Below are positions 1-11,474 of a stretch of DNA of 64,000 nucleotides, piece by piece. The stretch comes from Chlorokybus atmophyticus (lineage: Eukaryota > Plantae > Mesostigma and Chlorokybus algae), in the NCBI GenBank assembly GCA_009103225.1, contig RHPI01002823.1, positions 5,003 to 69,002 of the forward strand. The letters are read 5' to 3'. Under the pieces are notes generated by a model that saw nothing but the letters and a program-made list of their open reading frames with translations, made no database searches and was not told the DNA's origin. The first letter of the stretch is position 1; the number at the start of each line of letters is the position of its first letter. The translations under genes and the position numbers were made by a program.

Positions 1-667
1 CACAGGACTCACTGGAGTCTGCTGCTTGTGTGCAATCCTGGAGGCCAACTTGGAAGTGACACGCCGCCTTTACTCGTCCATCTCGACTCCCTTGGCCTGC
101 ATCGCAACGTTGATGGACCTATGCGCGCTTACCTTGACTACATGTGGGGCAGAAAGCATGGAAGTGACTCACAACGACGCTTCTCTCCCGAAAACGTACA
201 GCTTCTTGTACCACAGGTAGCACACGTTGCATTGCACTAGTGATGAGTTTGCATGCATTCTGTCACAAGCACTGATTGGATGCATGCACATGCATTTGGT
301 TTGCAAGCATTGACACATGTTTGTGCAGGTCCCTCAGCAGAAGGATGGAGTTGCGTGCGGGTTGTTTGTCATGCTTTATCTTGACAAGTTTATAGATGGG
401 GTACAAGCTGGTCCAATTGACCCAAACGCACGGATATTTCAACAGGTACAGTTCATGCATGTGCACTGCAATGTTTACAAGTGGAAGGTGCTTCAATGGC
501 ACTGTCGTGTAGGCCGACACGTGCTTAGTAACCACATGTTATTGCTGTGTGGTTGTGTGCAGATGCAAAGGAGTTGGTTTCATCCTCAAGTGGCAGACAG
601 GTTGAGAAGACGATTGCGAACACTCATGGACAGTATGTTAGCACAGCAAAGACGTGAGTTGAGCTAG
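1..667 (+). CDS. 3' exons of a ULP1/C48-family SUMO protease (exons <1-216, 329-445, 563-667)
   Basis: Spliced at GT-AG sites the frame reads HWSLLLVCNPG...LVHLDSLG...VPQ|VPQQKDGVACGLFV...|MQRSWFHPQVADRLRRRLR*. This gives the His, Asp, oxyanion Gln and Cys motifs of C48 peptidases and the WFxP C-terminal helix. The 5' part lies outside the window. Confidence 0.82.
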
Positions 668-883
668 TAGTAGCAGGTGGTGTGTAGCATAGCAATGCTG
701 TAGTCCATATCAGAGCTGTCCCCCATCATCAACTCAAATCAGCTGTGTAGAATTGCTGAGCAACTCTGGCTGTGACATATACTAGGCTGTATATTAGAAT
801 TAGCAGTGCAATCTACTTGGTTTTCAATCAACATTCGGGACTTGGCCAAAATGAGAGTATATGTATATGTTCATTCGTGTGGG

Positions 884-1022
884 GTTGAATATTCACTCAC
901 AGCTAGGAGTTAGTGCAAAACGTATTGCTTGGTTTTGGAATGGTGTTGAAAATTCACTCAAAGCTAGGACTTAGTGTGAATCGTATTGCGTAGTTTTAGA
1001 TTGTTGTTGAATGTTCACTCAC
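884..1022. repeat. Tandem repeat, 61-bp period, ~2.3 copies
   Basis: GTTGAA(T/A)(A/G)TTCACTCA recurs at 884, 945 and 1006 with conserved AGCTAGGA..TTAGTG..CGTATTGC between. Confidence 0.8.
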
Positions 1023-1486
1023 ATCTGTGGCATGAAACTGATGAAGGTTATGAATATACATGTGTGACAAGCTGATCAATTGATTATTCACGGGCAGTTG
1101 GGACTTGGTGAGTTTAAGCTGTCTGTTATAGCCAGGAGCTTATGCCCCTTCATGAATGTTCAGGCAATGTATAGCTGAATATTTAGCAGAGCACATGCTG
1201 TGTCCATTCACAATTGCATGCCTTGAACATTCAATCGATTTCAACTGAATATACGAGGTATATGGGTTTTGAAAGGTGGCATTGGTTTATCGTGTGGATA
1301 TTCACGCGATTTGTAGGTGAATGTCGCGATTTCGTTTTGGCAGGGATTGCACAAAATATACGAAAACACTTGAATATTCACTCGATAAAAAGCTAAAACG
1401 GTAAATCCAACGAATATTCAGTGCGTTTGCCATGAATTTTCAAAAATTCGGGGGTCTCATAATTACCGGTGAGAGATCAAGCAAAA

Positions 1487-2607
1487 ATGTACTGATCGCC
1501 TTCGCAACACACCATGCGGAGATGGATGCGGCAGGGCTCGCAAGGAATGTTGCAACTTGTTGTACAATCGTATAGGTGCCCGGCTTAGCGCCAAGTTGGT
1601 TGCCTCTTTAATCGCTCACGACTTTTTGAAAGAATGGCACCACAAAGATGGATGGATGCACGTTCCTGTGGAAGAAGTACCCATTGCAAACATCGGGTAC
1701 TGGCATGACGAAGACGCGGCATTACTGCAGCTTCTGGGACTCTCGCCACAAAATCAAGGTGCCTATGTCTTGCATGACACAGGCACCTGCGCATTCTGCC
1801 ACCACATCCCGGATGGCGACTTGGAGCATCGCAACGCAGGCGATCACGTGACATTTAGATGCTCAAGGTGCCACAAAACCAATTATCAGATGGTACAGCA
1901 AGCTCTTGGCGACCCTCGCAACATAGCCCTACTGATCGACGCCTACGGCTTCAGCTCACCAACCATAGTGAAGCACAGCTGCACTGTTGTCAGTGCCTGT
2001 GCGCATTGAGCATGCTCAATAGCGGGAAGCGCATTTCCTCACAAGAGTCTTACGTCATGCCTTTGCTTTTTATTCCCACTGATCAGCTCTCAAACGATGT
2101 CGATAGTCTAAAGCCTTTTTGGAACCATTGGTGCGTGTCCTGGAGATCCTCTACTTAATTGGCTTCACTGTTCGTTATGGCCTCGACTCCAATCATGTCA
2201 ACAGCCGCATGCTTGATCGACGACCAGGTAATGACTTGGTTATAGTATATCATATCACACATATCACCCAAAGTATCACAAGCACTGTCCTGAGTCAACA
2301 AGTTATGCTTTCCATTGCTGTGACCCAAAAAATCATATGCAATGAACAGTGGCTACGACTTCTTACAGCATTTTTGCTTGCTTGCGGTCTATAAAAGTTA
2401 GCCCAGTGCGGTTTATGACAGTGGCATATCCGACTGGTATTGTGAGATGCTAATGTTGCCAAAATTGCAGGTCAAGAGATAACGCTATGGGTAGTGCTGT
2501 GGGCATGGATGGGTGACCAGTCAGCGCAATGTAAATCAAGCCAGTATAAGAATGGAGGCCTCATCCTCTGCTGGCGGTGTCTCCTCAAAGCCACTCAGCA
2601 CAAAGTG
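1487..2607 (+). mobile_element. Degenerate CACTA/EnSpm (CMC)-like transposase relic, frameshifted, with a probable intron; cut by a Copia LTR at 2608
   Basis: Joined frames give GDPRNIALLIDAYGF...HSC...MPLLFIP...SLKPFWEPLVRVLEILYLIGF, then after a GT..AG intron ITLWVVLWAWMGDQSAQCKS...GG...CWRC. These resemble the Transposase_21/Tnp2 motifs DPRNxxL..DG, LQPLVDEL and GDxPA. Confidence 0.62.
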
Positions 2608-3460
2608 TGTTGAAGGACTAGCATGCACATGTAGTTGAGGCAAGCATAGACACAGAGACAGAGCTACCGCCACCAGAGCATACACAAGTCACATCACATT
2701 CATCCCTTACAAGTTGTCCGCTGGTTCTTATATCAGCCAATTACACACACGTCTACGTTTGCAAGCACTGCGTAAGCTGTACTTAGCCTTTTTACGCGCT
2801 TTAAGCTGCGTTTTTTTCTTACAATCAGAGCTTTCCAACAAGCTCTCACACGTCTAGTATGAGTAAGTATACGCGGAGATACAAGCAGTTAGTAAGGCTC
2901 CAGTCTAGAGTCCGGAGCCTGGTCCGACGACGCCATCTTGCTAAGTCCGGACCTAGTGCCCGTCCTTACGACCTTCTACTCCTGTGTGGAGGGTCAATGC
3001 TGATCGCATGTAAGAATGACTCTCAACACTCCCACGCGAGCAGCTTGACCTCCAACGCTTGCTCCTGTGGTTAAACACAGATGCCAAGTCCTGCGCAACA
3101 AGTCTTGAACTTGAGCGGTGACAATGGCTTTGTCATGAAGTCCGCCAGCATGCCCTCGGTGTTGCAGTACTGGCACTCCACCTCCTTCCTTGTGACGATG
3201 TCACGCACAAAGTGATGCATGACATCAATGTGCTTCGTCCTTGCCGATGCGATAGGGTGCTTCAACAACTTGATGGCTCCTTGGTTGTCACAGTTGATGA
3301 CGATGCACGCCATGGGGTGCTCCAAGTCTGCCATGAGCTTACAAAGCCAGAGTGCCTCCTTCACTGCTGCTATCGCTGCCATGTACTCAGCCTCTGTTGT
3401 TGATGGCTGCAGCCTGCTGTTGATGGCTGCAGCCTGCTGTTTCAGCTCACCAACAGGAAG
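2608..3460 (-). mobile_element. Ty1/Copia 3' fragment: RNase H (3071-3382), PPT and 3' LTR (2608-3028, LTR family A)
   Basis: ORF has KEALWL...CDNQGAI...RTKHIDV...MLADFMTKPL. The LTR runs TGTTGA...TCAACA, with a GCGTGGGAG PPT-like tract abutting it on the minus strand. It shares CTCCGCGTATACTTA and AGCTTGTTGGAAAGCT blocks with LTR 8431-8937. Confidence 0.9.
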
Positions 3461-3936
3461 TTGATTTGAGATCAGCTACATGCGGCGTACATTAAGGAGA
3501 TGGATTCTGAGGACGCTCAGCAGTATTTGAGAAGATCAGCGGACTGGAAAGCTGCTGTGCCACCGAGCTAATGTAATGGCGTACTCTTAGCAGGTTTACC
3601 ATCCTTTGAGTGGAGCATGAAGCGACTGTCATTACAAGGTGCACACTCAAAAGCACGCCATGAAGCTCAAGACCCCTAGTTGAGAAGTTCTCAGACTTGG
3701 AGCATGCGCGACTGATCAGAGAGAACGGCATCCTTATTGGCAGCACAAGAAGCATGTCCCTCTTTAAAGAACCTTGGCCTTAAAAATTAAACGCGTTGGA
3801 AACATTACTGGCAACTTGCCCGGAGGCATACGCAAGTTCCGCACATATATGCGTAATGGGGTCATCTACAGGTGTGGGGTAATCTACAAGTTATGCAGTG
3901 CATTGCTGCGACCTGAAGTCTTACAGGCACAGTCCA

Positions 3937-4080
3937 GTGTCTACGACTTATGCATTCCATTGTGACCCAAAGTTTCAAAGGCATTGTCTAGTGTCTATAA
4001 CTTATACCTTCCATGCCTGTGACATAAAGACTCAAAGACACTAAACAGTGCCTATAAGTTATGCATTCCATTACTGTGAC
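3937..4080. repeat. Degenerate tandem repeat, 54-57 bp period, ~2.6 copies
   Basis: GTG(T/C)CTA..A.TTAT.C.TTCCAT..TGTGAC starts at 3937, 3991 and 4048. Confidence 0.7.
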
Positions 4081-4511
4081 TTAAAGTCGCATGGGCACCG
4101 TCCATCTCTTAGTACGCAGTGAGTAAAACCTTTGGGATTGGCATTTGCAGACGCAGAGGCGTTGCATGACTTTTTTCTTCACTTTAGTGCACTTTCCCAC
4201 TTTATTTAACTTTGCTTTCTTTCTCTTTCTCACACTCTTCACGCGTAGTGTGGGCCCATAACCTGTTGAGAAGCAAGCATGCAAGCGAAGAGGGCAAGCA
4301 ATGACACACAGGAGAAGGCAACACCGAGCTACAACGTTTCTTCTACATCGCCTGGAAGTCTCTTGACTCTGTACTTGACTCCGTGCCTGGAACCTTCTCA
4401 ATTGAAGTCCTCGCCTGGACCTTTCTCGACTGGCACCTTCTAGCGCCTGAATCTTCTCGCGGCTATTCTTATTTAGAGAGCGAGCTGACCGATACAAGAA
4501 TATCCTCAACA
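4081..4511 (-). mobile_element. Copia 5' LTR (4264-4511, family B) with PBS (4250-4263) and truncated leader
   Basis: TGTTGA...TCAACA termini. The minus strand reads LTR-GGTTATGGGCCCAC. The LTR is homologous to 11475-11869 and to the reverse complement of 17457-17927. Confidence 0.85.
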
Positions 4512-7500
4512 GACCTCTGAAAGAGGCGTGACAAGATGGCAGAAGATGAAGGCTCCAGCGTTAGGTTGTCGGTGGCACCTCTGCACCTGGAGAACTACAG
4601 CACATGGAGCATAAAGATGAAGGCGCTCCTGAAGTACAAGGGTTTGTGGAAGTATGCCGATCCCAATGAAAACGCACCCATAAAGGGTACGCAGAGTGTG
4701 TGGTTGGAGAAAAGTGAAAAGGCAGTCGCAGTGCTATTCTTGAACGTGAAAGATCACCATCTTGTGATGCTTGATGAGTGTGAACATGCGAAGGAAGCGT
4801 GGCAGAAGCTGGCAGACACACTCAAAGCAAGGAAGCTGCAGCTGAGAAGGCAGCTGAACGCGCTGAAGAAGGAGTCAGCGGAGCCTATTTCCAAGTACGC
4901 GGGACGAGCAAGGGAGCAGTGGAAAGACCTCACTTCGATAGGTCACAAGGTGAAGTAGGTGGAGCTGGTTTGGGCTATCCTCTCCGGTCTTCTTGAGGAG
5001 TACGACATGGTGGTGACCGTGCTTAAGACGCAAAGGGAAGAACTCAAGCTCAATGTGGTGCTGCCCATGCTGCTTCAACAAGAAGAGAAGACATGCAGGA
5101 GAAGGGATGAAGCAGATTCGGCGGCGTTTGCTGCTTCAAGCTCAACGAAAGGAAGTTAGAGTGGAGGAGGAGGCTCGTACAACAGTGGCAACAGGAAGGG
5201 GAAGGACTACAAGAAGACCCTCAAGTATCATCATTGTGGGAAGAAGGGCCACTTCAAGATGGAGTGCCGGCTGTGGTCAGCGGAGCAAAAGAAGGCGAAA
5301 GGTGGCGGACACGACAACAAGGGTGAGAAACCCATGGCGTTTACAGCTGCATCGTCAAGATCTTCTATCGCTTGGGTGCTGGACTCCAGGAAACAAGCAT
5401 CTCACCTTTAATAAGGAACAGTTCCAAAGCTAGCTTATGGACAAGCCTGTCATGGTCACATTTGCAAGCAGTGAGGAAGCAGCCATTGCCATGGGGGACA
5501 TCCACCTCACCTGCAGTGTTGAAGGAGCTGAGAGGCAAGTGTGCTTGCGCATCTTGTTACATGTCCCCGAGCGGTTGTTCGTCTATTCTTAGTGCGTGCT
5601 GCTGCAAAAGTTATGGCTAGGACTGTATTTGAGGGAGACCATGGGCGTGTATTGTTTGTGGGGTCGTGTACATGATCGCCAAAGATCATGGAGGAGGAGA
5701 GCATCATGTGAAGCTTGCTGGTGTGCAAGCGTATACTGCATCGATAAAAGAGTCTGCAGCGCTGTGGCATCGACGACACGAACATCTCGGCTACGATAAC
5801 CTCACCAGTCTGATGAAGGAAGACATGGTGGATGGCATCAACATTAAGCCGGAGGACTTCAAAACCATGCAAGAGGTGTTGTGTGAACCCTGTGTGCTGG
5901 CGAAGCAACGAAGATTGCCATTCCCAGCATCACAGAGTGTGACAACCAAGCCTTTGCAACTGGTACACTGATGTATGCGGCCCACGGTCTGTTGCAACTG
6001 CTGAAGGGTACAGGTATTTCTGTACATTTTGGGATGACTACAGCAAGGTTGCGGTGGTGGTGCCTCTGCATTTGAAGTCGGAAGTTTCGGCACAGCTGAA
6101 GAGAGTACTCTCCCTTATGGTGAAACAGTCAGAAGAGAAGGTGGTGACAGTGCGGTCAGATGAAGGTGGAGAATACATCAGCAAGGAGCTGAAGACCTGG
6201 TTGGCCAAGCACGGGATCACGCACCAATACACGGCACCCTACACCTCGCAGCAGAACGGAGCAGCTAAGAGGCTGAACAGAACCCTGTTGGAGAAAGTCA
6301 GAGCAATGCTGGTGGACGAAAAAATGCAAGACCATACGTGTGGTGAGATGCACTGCTTACTGCAGCGTATGTGCGCAATCGCTCACCGAAAGCATCTCAA
6401 GCAAAGACACCGTGGGAGTTTTTCACCAAGAAAAGGCCAGACATCTCTATGTTGAAGGTTTTCGGCTTTACAGCGTATGTTTTCATCCCCAAGCAACTGC
6501 AAAAGATGCTGGCGCCCAAGAGCAAATAGAGCGTATTTATTGGCTATGAGTTCAACTCAAAGGCCTACCGCGTGCTGCTGGAAGACAACAAGGTGGTAGT
6601 GAGTAGGGATGCGATGTTTATGGAGGAAGGCATTACAGGTGCTGTCGCAGAGGTTGTTGTTGTTGTTGAGGAGGAGGACCCCACATGGAGGAGTCATTAA
6701 TCAACAACATTCCGCACCCTCAGGACTAAACTACAGACACCAGCCATCAGCCTTAGCAACAAGCATCGGAGGAAGAAGCTGTGGAGGTCTAGGAAGAGCC
6801 CGGGTACATATTGAGGAGCACGAGACTTGAGGAAGGACGCTTCAAGAGCTTGGCAGCATTAACTAAGGAGAAGGAGCCTACCACATATGAGGAGGCAATG
6901 ACAGCCCCAGTCACGGAGCTGTGGCAGCATGCGATAGACAAGGAGATAGCATCCTTGCACGCCAACGGCACATGGAGGCTAGAGTAGGTCCCACCTGAAG
7001 TGAAGCCCTTACCGGTGAAGGGTGTACAAAATCAAACGCGATGGTCAAGGCCGCATTAAGAGATACAAGGCACGATTGGTGGTGAAGGGGTACTTGCAGC
7101 AAGAGGGCATTGACTCTAATGAGGTGTTAGCCCCTGCTAGCAAGCTTGTAACCTTTCGCACCATGTTCACACTTGTGGTAGCTAAGGATTGGGAGCTACA
7201 CCACTTGGATGTGAAGACTGCATTCCTTTACAGAGAGTTGGAGGAGGAGATCTACATGCAGCAACCCAAGGGCTATGAGGGAGGACCAGGCACTGCTTGC
7301 AGACTTGTAAAGGCGTTGTATGGGCTCAAGCAAGCGCCAAGAGTATGGCACATCCGGCTCACCACGGAGTTGGAGGAGATTGGCTTCACACCTTCTGAAG
7401 CTAATTCTGGACTCATCACGCACAAGGAGAAGAAGATCTGGCTGTTGGTCTACGTTGACGACATCATGGCTGCGAAGAAGCTGAAGGACTTTGAGGAGGT

Positions 7501-8937
7501 GAAGACATCTATCAAGTTTGCCTTCGACGTGAGGGACTTGGGAGAGGTAAAGCTGTTTTTGAGCATGGTGATTGAGAGGGACAGGGACAACAAGACAGCC
7601 AAGAATAGCCAGGAGTTGATGAGGCGCGAAGGATTGTGGCAGAAGTTTGGAATGGGAGACGCCAAAAGCAAAGTGATACCCATGTCCGTGGGAGCTAAGC
7701 TGCAGCGAGCAATAAGTGAGACAGAGCACCTCGACAGGAGCAAGTTCCCTTAAAGTGAGTTGGTTGGGAGCATGCTTTACATGTCCGTGAGCACTAGGCC
7801 AGACATCGCACATGCTATGGGGGTGCTTGCACGCTACATGTCAGCACCCACCATGGAGCATTGGAGAGCTGCAAAGGAGTTGCTGCGTTATGTGATGGGG
7901 AGCACAAGCGTGGGCATTCACTTTGGAGAGGGAGCTGGTGCTGGAGACGAGGAGTTGGAGGGCTACTGTAACGCTGACTACGCTGGGGACCTCGACACGA
8001 GGAGGTCAACTACATGCTACGCGTTTCCTGATCAATGGTAAAGTTGTTAGCTGGAACAGTAAGCTGCAACCTACTATGGCTGTCTCAACAGCAGAGGTGG
8101 AGTACATGGCTACCTCATCGGCAATGAAGGAGGCATTGTGGTTGAAGAAGCTGATGGTGGACTTATGCTACCCTGCAAGCTGCATCAGGATCAACTGCGA
8201 CAACCAAGGCGCAACCAAGCTGCTAAAGCATCCGATTGCTTCAATCCGGTCGAAGCACATTGACGTGATTCACCACTTCGTGCGCGAGCGTGTGGCAAGG
8301 ACGAAGGTGGCGTTCAAGTACTGCAACACGGAGGAGATGCTGGCTAATTGCATGACCAAGCCTTTGGTAACGAAGAAGTTCCATGACTGCACTGGAAAAC
8401 TTGGAGTCTATTAAGCTGCCTGCGTAGGAGTGTTAGCATGAGCATGTCTTGCACACTGCTCAGTCCAGTCAGCTTGTGAATTGGCTAAGGCATGAGCCTT
8501 AGAGATATTGCTACTAGTATGAGCTGATATCGATCAGTCATACGTCTGTAGCAGATGTCGAGTCCACTACGCGGAGTACGACCAAGGAGGAGACTACGGA
8601 CTTGCTCATGAGACTGGCGCAGCCTGACGCAGCCAACGCCTTAGGAGAATGATGAGGACTCCGCGTATACTTAGCCTTAGGAGGCGTGGCTTAGCTTGTT
8701 GGAAAGCTTTGACTGTAAGCTAGACAACTAAGCTTACATATTGGCAATCCGCGGAGTAGGGCTCACGCGGTGCTTGCTAAAGTAGACATGTGTAGTCTGG
8801 CTGGTATAAAGGCCAACGGAATTAACAAGTTGTTGGTTCGGGTGAAACCCCTTTGCTAGCCTTGTGTGCACGCCTTGTGTGTATGTTCTAGTGCATGTGT
8901 ATGCTGTAGTTGGCCAGCGCTAGGTCAGTGTTAAACA
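4512..8937 (+). mobile_element. Degenerate Ty1/Copia element (gag-PR-INT-RT-RH) with 3' LTR 8431-8937; 5' LTR missing
   Basis: Gag 4536- with knuckle HCGKKGHFKMEC, WVLDS protease, LWHRRHEHLG pre-integrase, VRSDEGGEY/APYTSQQNG integrase, YKARLVVKG/DVKTAFL/LVYVDD RT, DNQGA/RSKHID RNase H, PPT GCGTAGGAG, LTR TGTT...AACA. Multiple stops and frameshifts. Confidence 0.95.
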
Positions 8938-9470
8938 CTCTGAACTTGGAAAGGGCTGCCTATGCATCTTAGACAGCACATATGGCTCACACAACACTTC
9001 CCTGGCTTCCTTGACCTGCTGCTTAATCACGATGATGCCTTTGACCAAATCTTCAGCAATCAGCCTCTTGAGGTTGTTATAGCCTAGATGATCATATCTT
9101 TTATGCTAAAGCTCAGCTGATTCTGCCGTTGTAGCTACCAACGCAGTACCAGACTCTGCCTCTTCTATCTTTTTGAGACCTTCAGGCTGTTCCCTTGCAG
9201 TCAAGCAGAGCTTGCCATCGAGCTGCAACCAGCACTTGTCTTCTTCTCCTGATAGTTTGGCACATGCCTTCTCACATTTATTTGACAAAAAGATTTGGTC
9301 TTTATGCAGTCCTCATAAGAAGATAGCTTTCTCCACTTGCTGCCATGCCAATCTTCCCATTGAGGCACAGGGGGTTGGTTACCTGGCACGTTGAGCCAGG
9401 TGGCTTTTTCTCGTCAGGAAAAAAGGTTGTCATATGTAATGGAAGGCACTTGCAGCCACGGACTGAGCCT
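8938..9470 (-). mobile_element. Copia fragment (protease to pre-integrase), same family as 20830-26446
   Basis: Visibly colinear and highly similar to 24459-24800 (LGYNNLKRLIAEDLVKG...LSKMHRQPFPSS). Confidence 0.85.
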
Positions 9471-11474
9471 TGGACGAACAGGTATATACAAAAAGTCTGT
9501 GCACTCCTTGCGCGTGCGCCCGCATTAGCCTCCGCATAGCTGTTTTCATAAGCGCTTCACAAGCTTGTGGCCACTGTCATTTGCTTAATAGCTGTCCTCG
9601 CTTTTTTCATAACTTGATGGTCAGCATTTTACAAAAAGATAATTGCACATGCTATATGTCTATGTGACCATGACATTCCGATGCAAGTTAGCAATGCATC
9701 AACAGCTGCGATGTTACTTGCTGGCTAAGAGGGTTTGCGCTGGCCGAGCAAGGCGTGGAGGTCATTTTACAGACTGTGGTCATAAGCAAGGTTCTTGGCA
9801 AGCTGAACAATTGTATCCTCAGTGCCGATAACAATCTTTAGCACCTAATTGATCAGCAATTGCTGGGCATGACAGTCCTCCAAGTGTGTCAGCAGTGAAC
9901 TTATCCAGCATCTTTTGCATAGGTGTTTCTAAGGTTTGTTTTTGGCAAGCAATGCTTAATCAAGGGTCATCGCTGATTCTTAAGGCATTGCCAGTGGGTG
10001 CATACCTTTTTGCGCCGCCGTGTCCAGTCGCATGTGGGTCATTGCAGTCTTTGAATCGATTAACTACAAAAACAAACTAGCTGTCAACATTAAAAGTATG
10101 GTTTCCAACGTTGCGCGCATAGCAGTGGGCGGATATGATTATCGTATGCACAACCTCAAATTATTGACAATGCAGTATGTTGAGTAACAATGCGAAACAC
10201 GATTAGCGCTCACCTTGCCGTGGCAACCAAGGCGTGAGCAAATCCTCTGCGAGACTTTTTGCTGATCGGGTTCTTCAGCAGCCTTATTAACTAGTTGGTA
10301 TTAACTAGTTGGTGCATGCAAGTCATCGGTTGGCATGTCGACAATCGCTTGCACGTGTGATTTTTGCCATGTTGGTTGAGAGGGGGAAGCACTGCTGGTG
10401 CCAGCCAAGTTGACAGTAGGCTGTGAAACGAACTGATGTTGAACTGAAGCTGTCGCGGCGCTGCTCGTGCTGGCAACATCGACAGTTGGCTGTCCATCCA
10501 CCTGTTACCTTGGGTGATGTGTGGCTGCCACTCCGCTGGTGGTGGTGCGGGCCACATGGATAGTTGGACGTCAATCTACAGAATTATTGCAATTAGGCCA
10601 CATACATTGGCACCATCAACTAACAGCAATACACAGCAAGGCAACTAGTGCACGCCGTATATTGACAATCTATTAGCATGGCGAAGGCTTTTACGGAAAG
10701 CATAGTAGGTGGCAAACACAGGAGGCCGCGTGACCATTGCAAAGAAGCAAGTAAGGTACGCAGGCAGGTGAACTTATCGCTCATGCTGCTGGCTGATCTT
10801 GCCATGCAGCTGGTGGTGCGTGGACTCCACTTTATGGACAGATTGTGGGTTGACAACATCGTGCCGGACATAAGCCGTCTCCACAAAGGGTAGGGAAGTT
10901 TGTTGACTGCGACGGCGTTGTTTCTGAGCAGTATTCCTCTTACTAGCTAGATGCAAGTTTATTCCCAGCTTAGTGCTAATGTCCCTGGCAAATGTAAAAG
11001 TGGCAGCTTTGCGTGGCACCGCGTGCCACCAACATGCATGGCAAAGCACATGTCACTAATTATTTTTAAGTAGCACTCTAATCAAGGTTGTTGATGGCAT
11101 GCTGCTCGCAATCGCTGACTAAAGAGGCTTGTCAGAAGGAGCTCATGTCCGTCCTGAGCATGGACATCATAACGGCTTCACACCAACTCACCATTTGCAT
11201 GACGCGAGCTGCCACCATGGGCTGCAGGCTTGTCCTCTGTCGTCCCCTCCCCCCCTCCCCCCCGCCACCCATCCCGGGGCAAGCACGCTTGCATGCACAC
11301 ATGTTCACTACAGTGACGAACTTTATTTCATGCTGATGTCTGTCTTACGGTGCCAGTGGCATTGCACTCCGCACATAGGCTGTACTCCCTGGCAGCAACT
11401 TTCTCAACCATTGGGATATGCGTGTGGCTACGTGTGTAGACTGCGCGCTTTTGGACCACCCTTGACGGGTTGTG

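Noticed and set aside
884-1022. Possible CRISPR-like array
   Set aside because: The whole 61-bp unit is repeated with no unique spacers, there are no cas genes, and the context is eukaryotic.
4264-8937. LTR 4264-4511 as the 5' LTR of the + strand Copia
   Set aside because: It belongs to a different LTR family from 8431-8937 and its PBS lies on the left, so it heads a minus-strand element.
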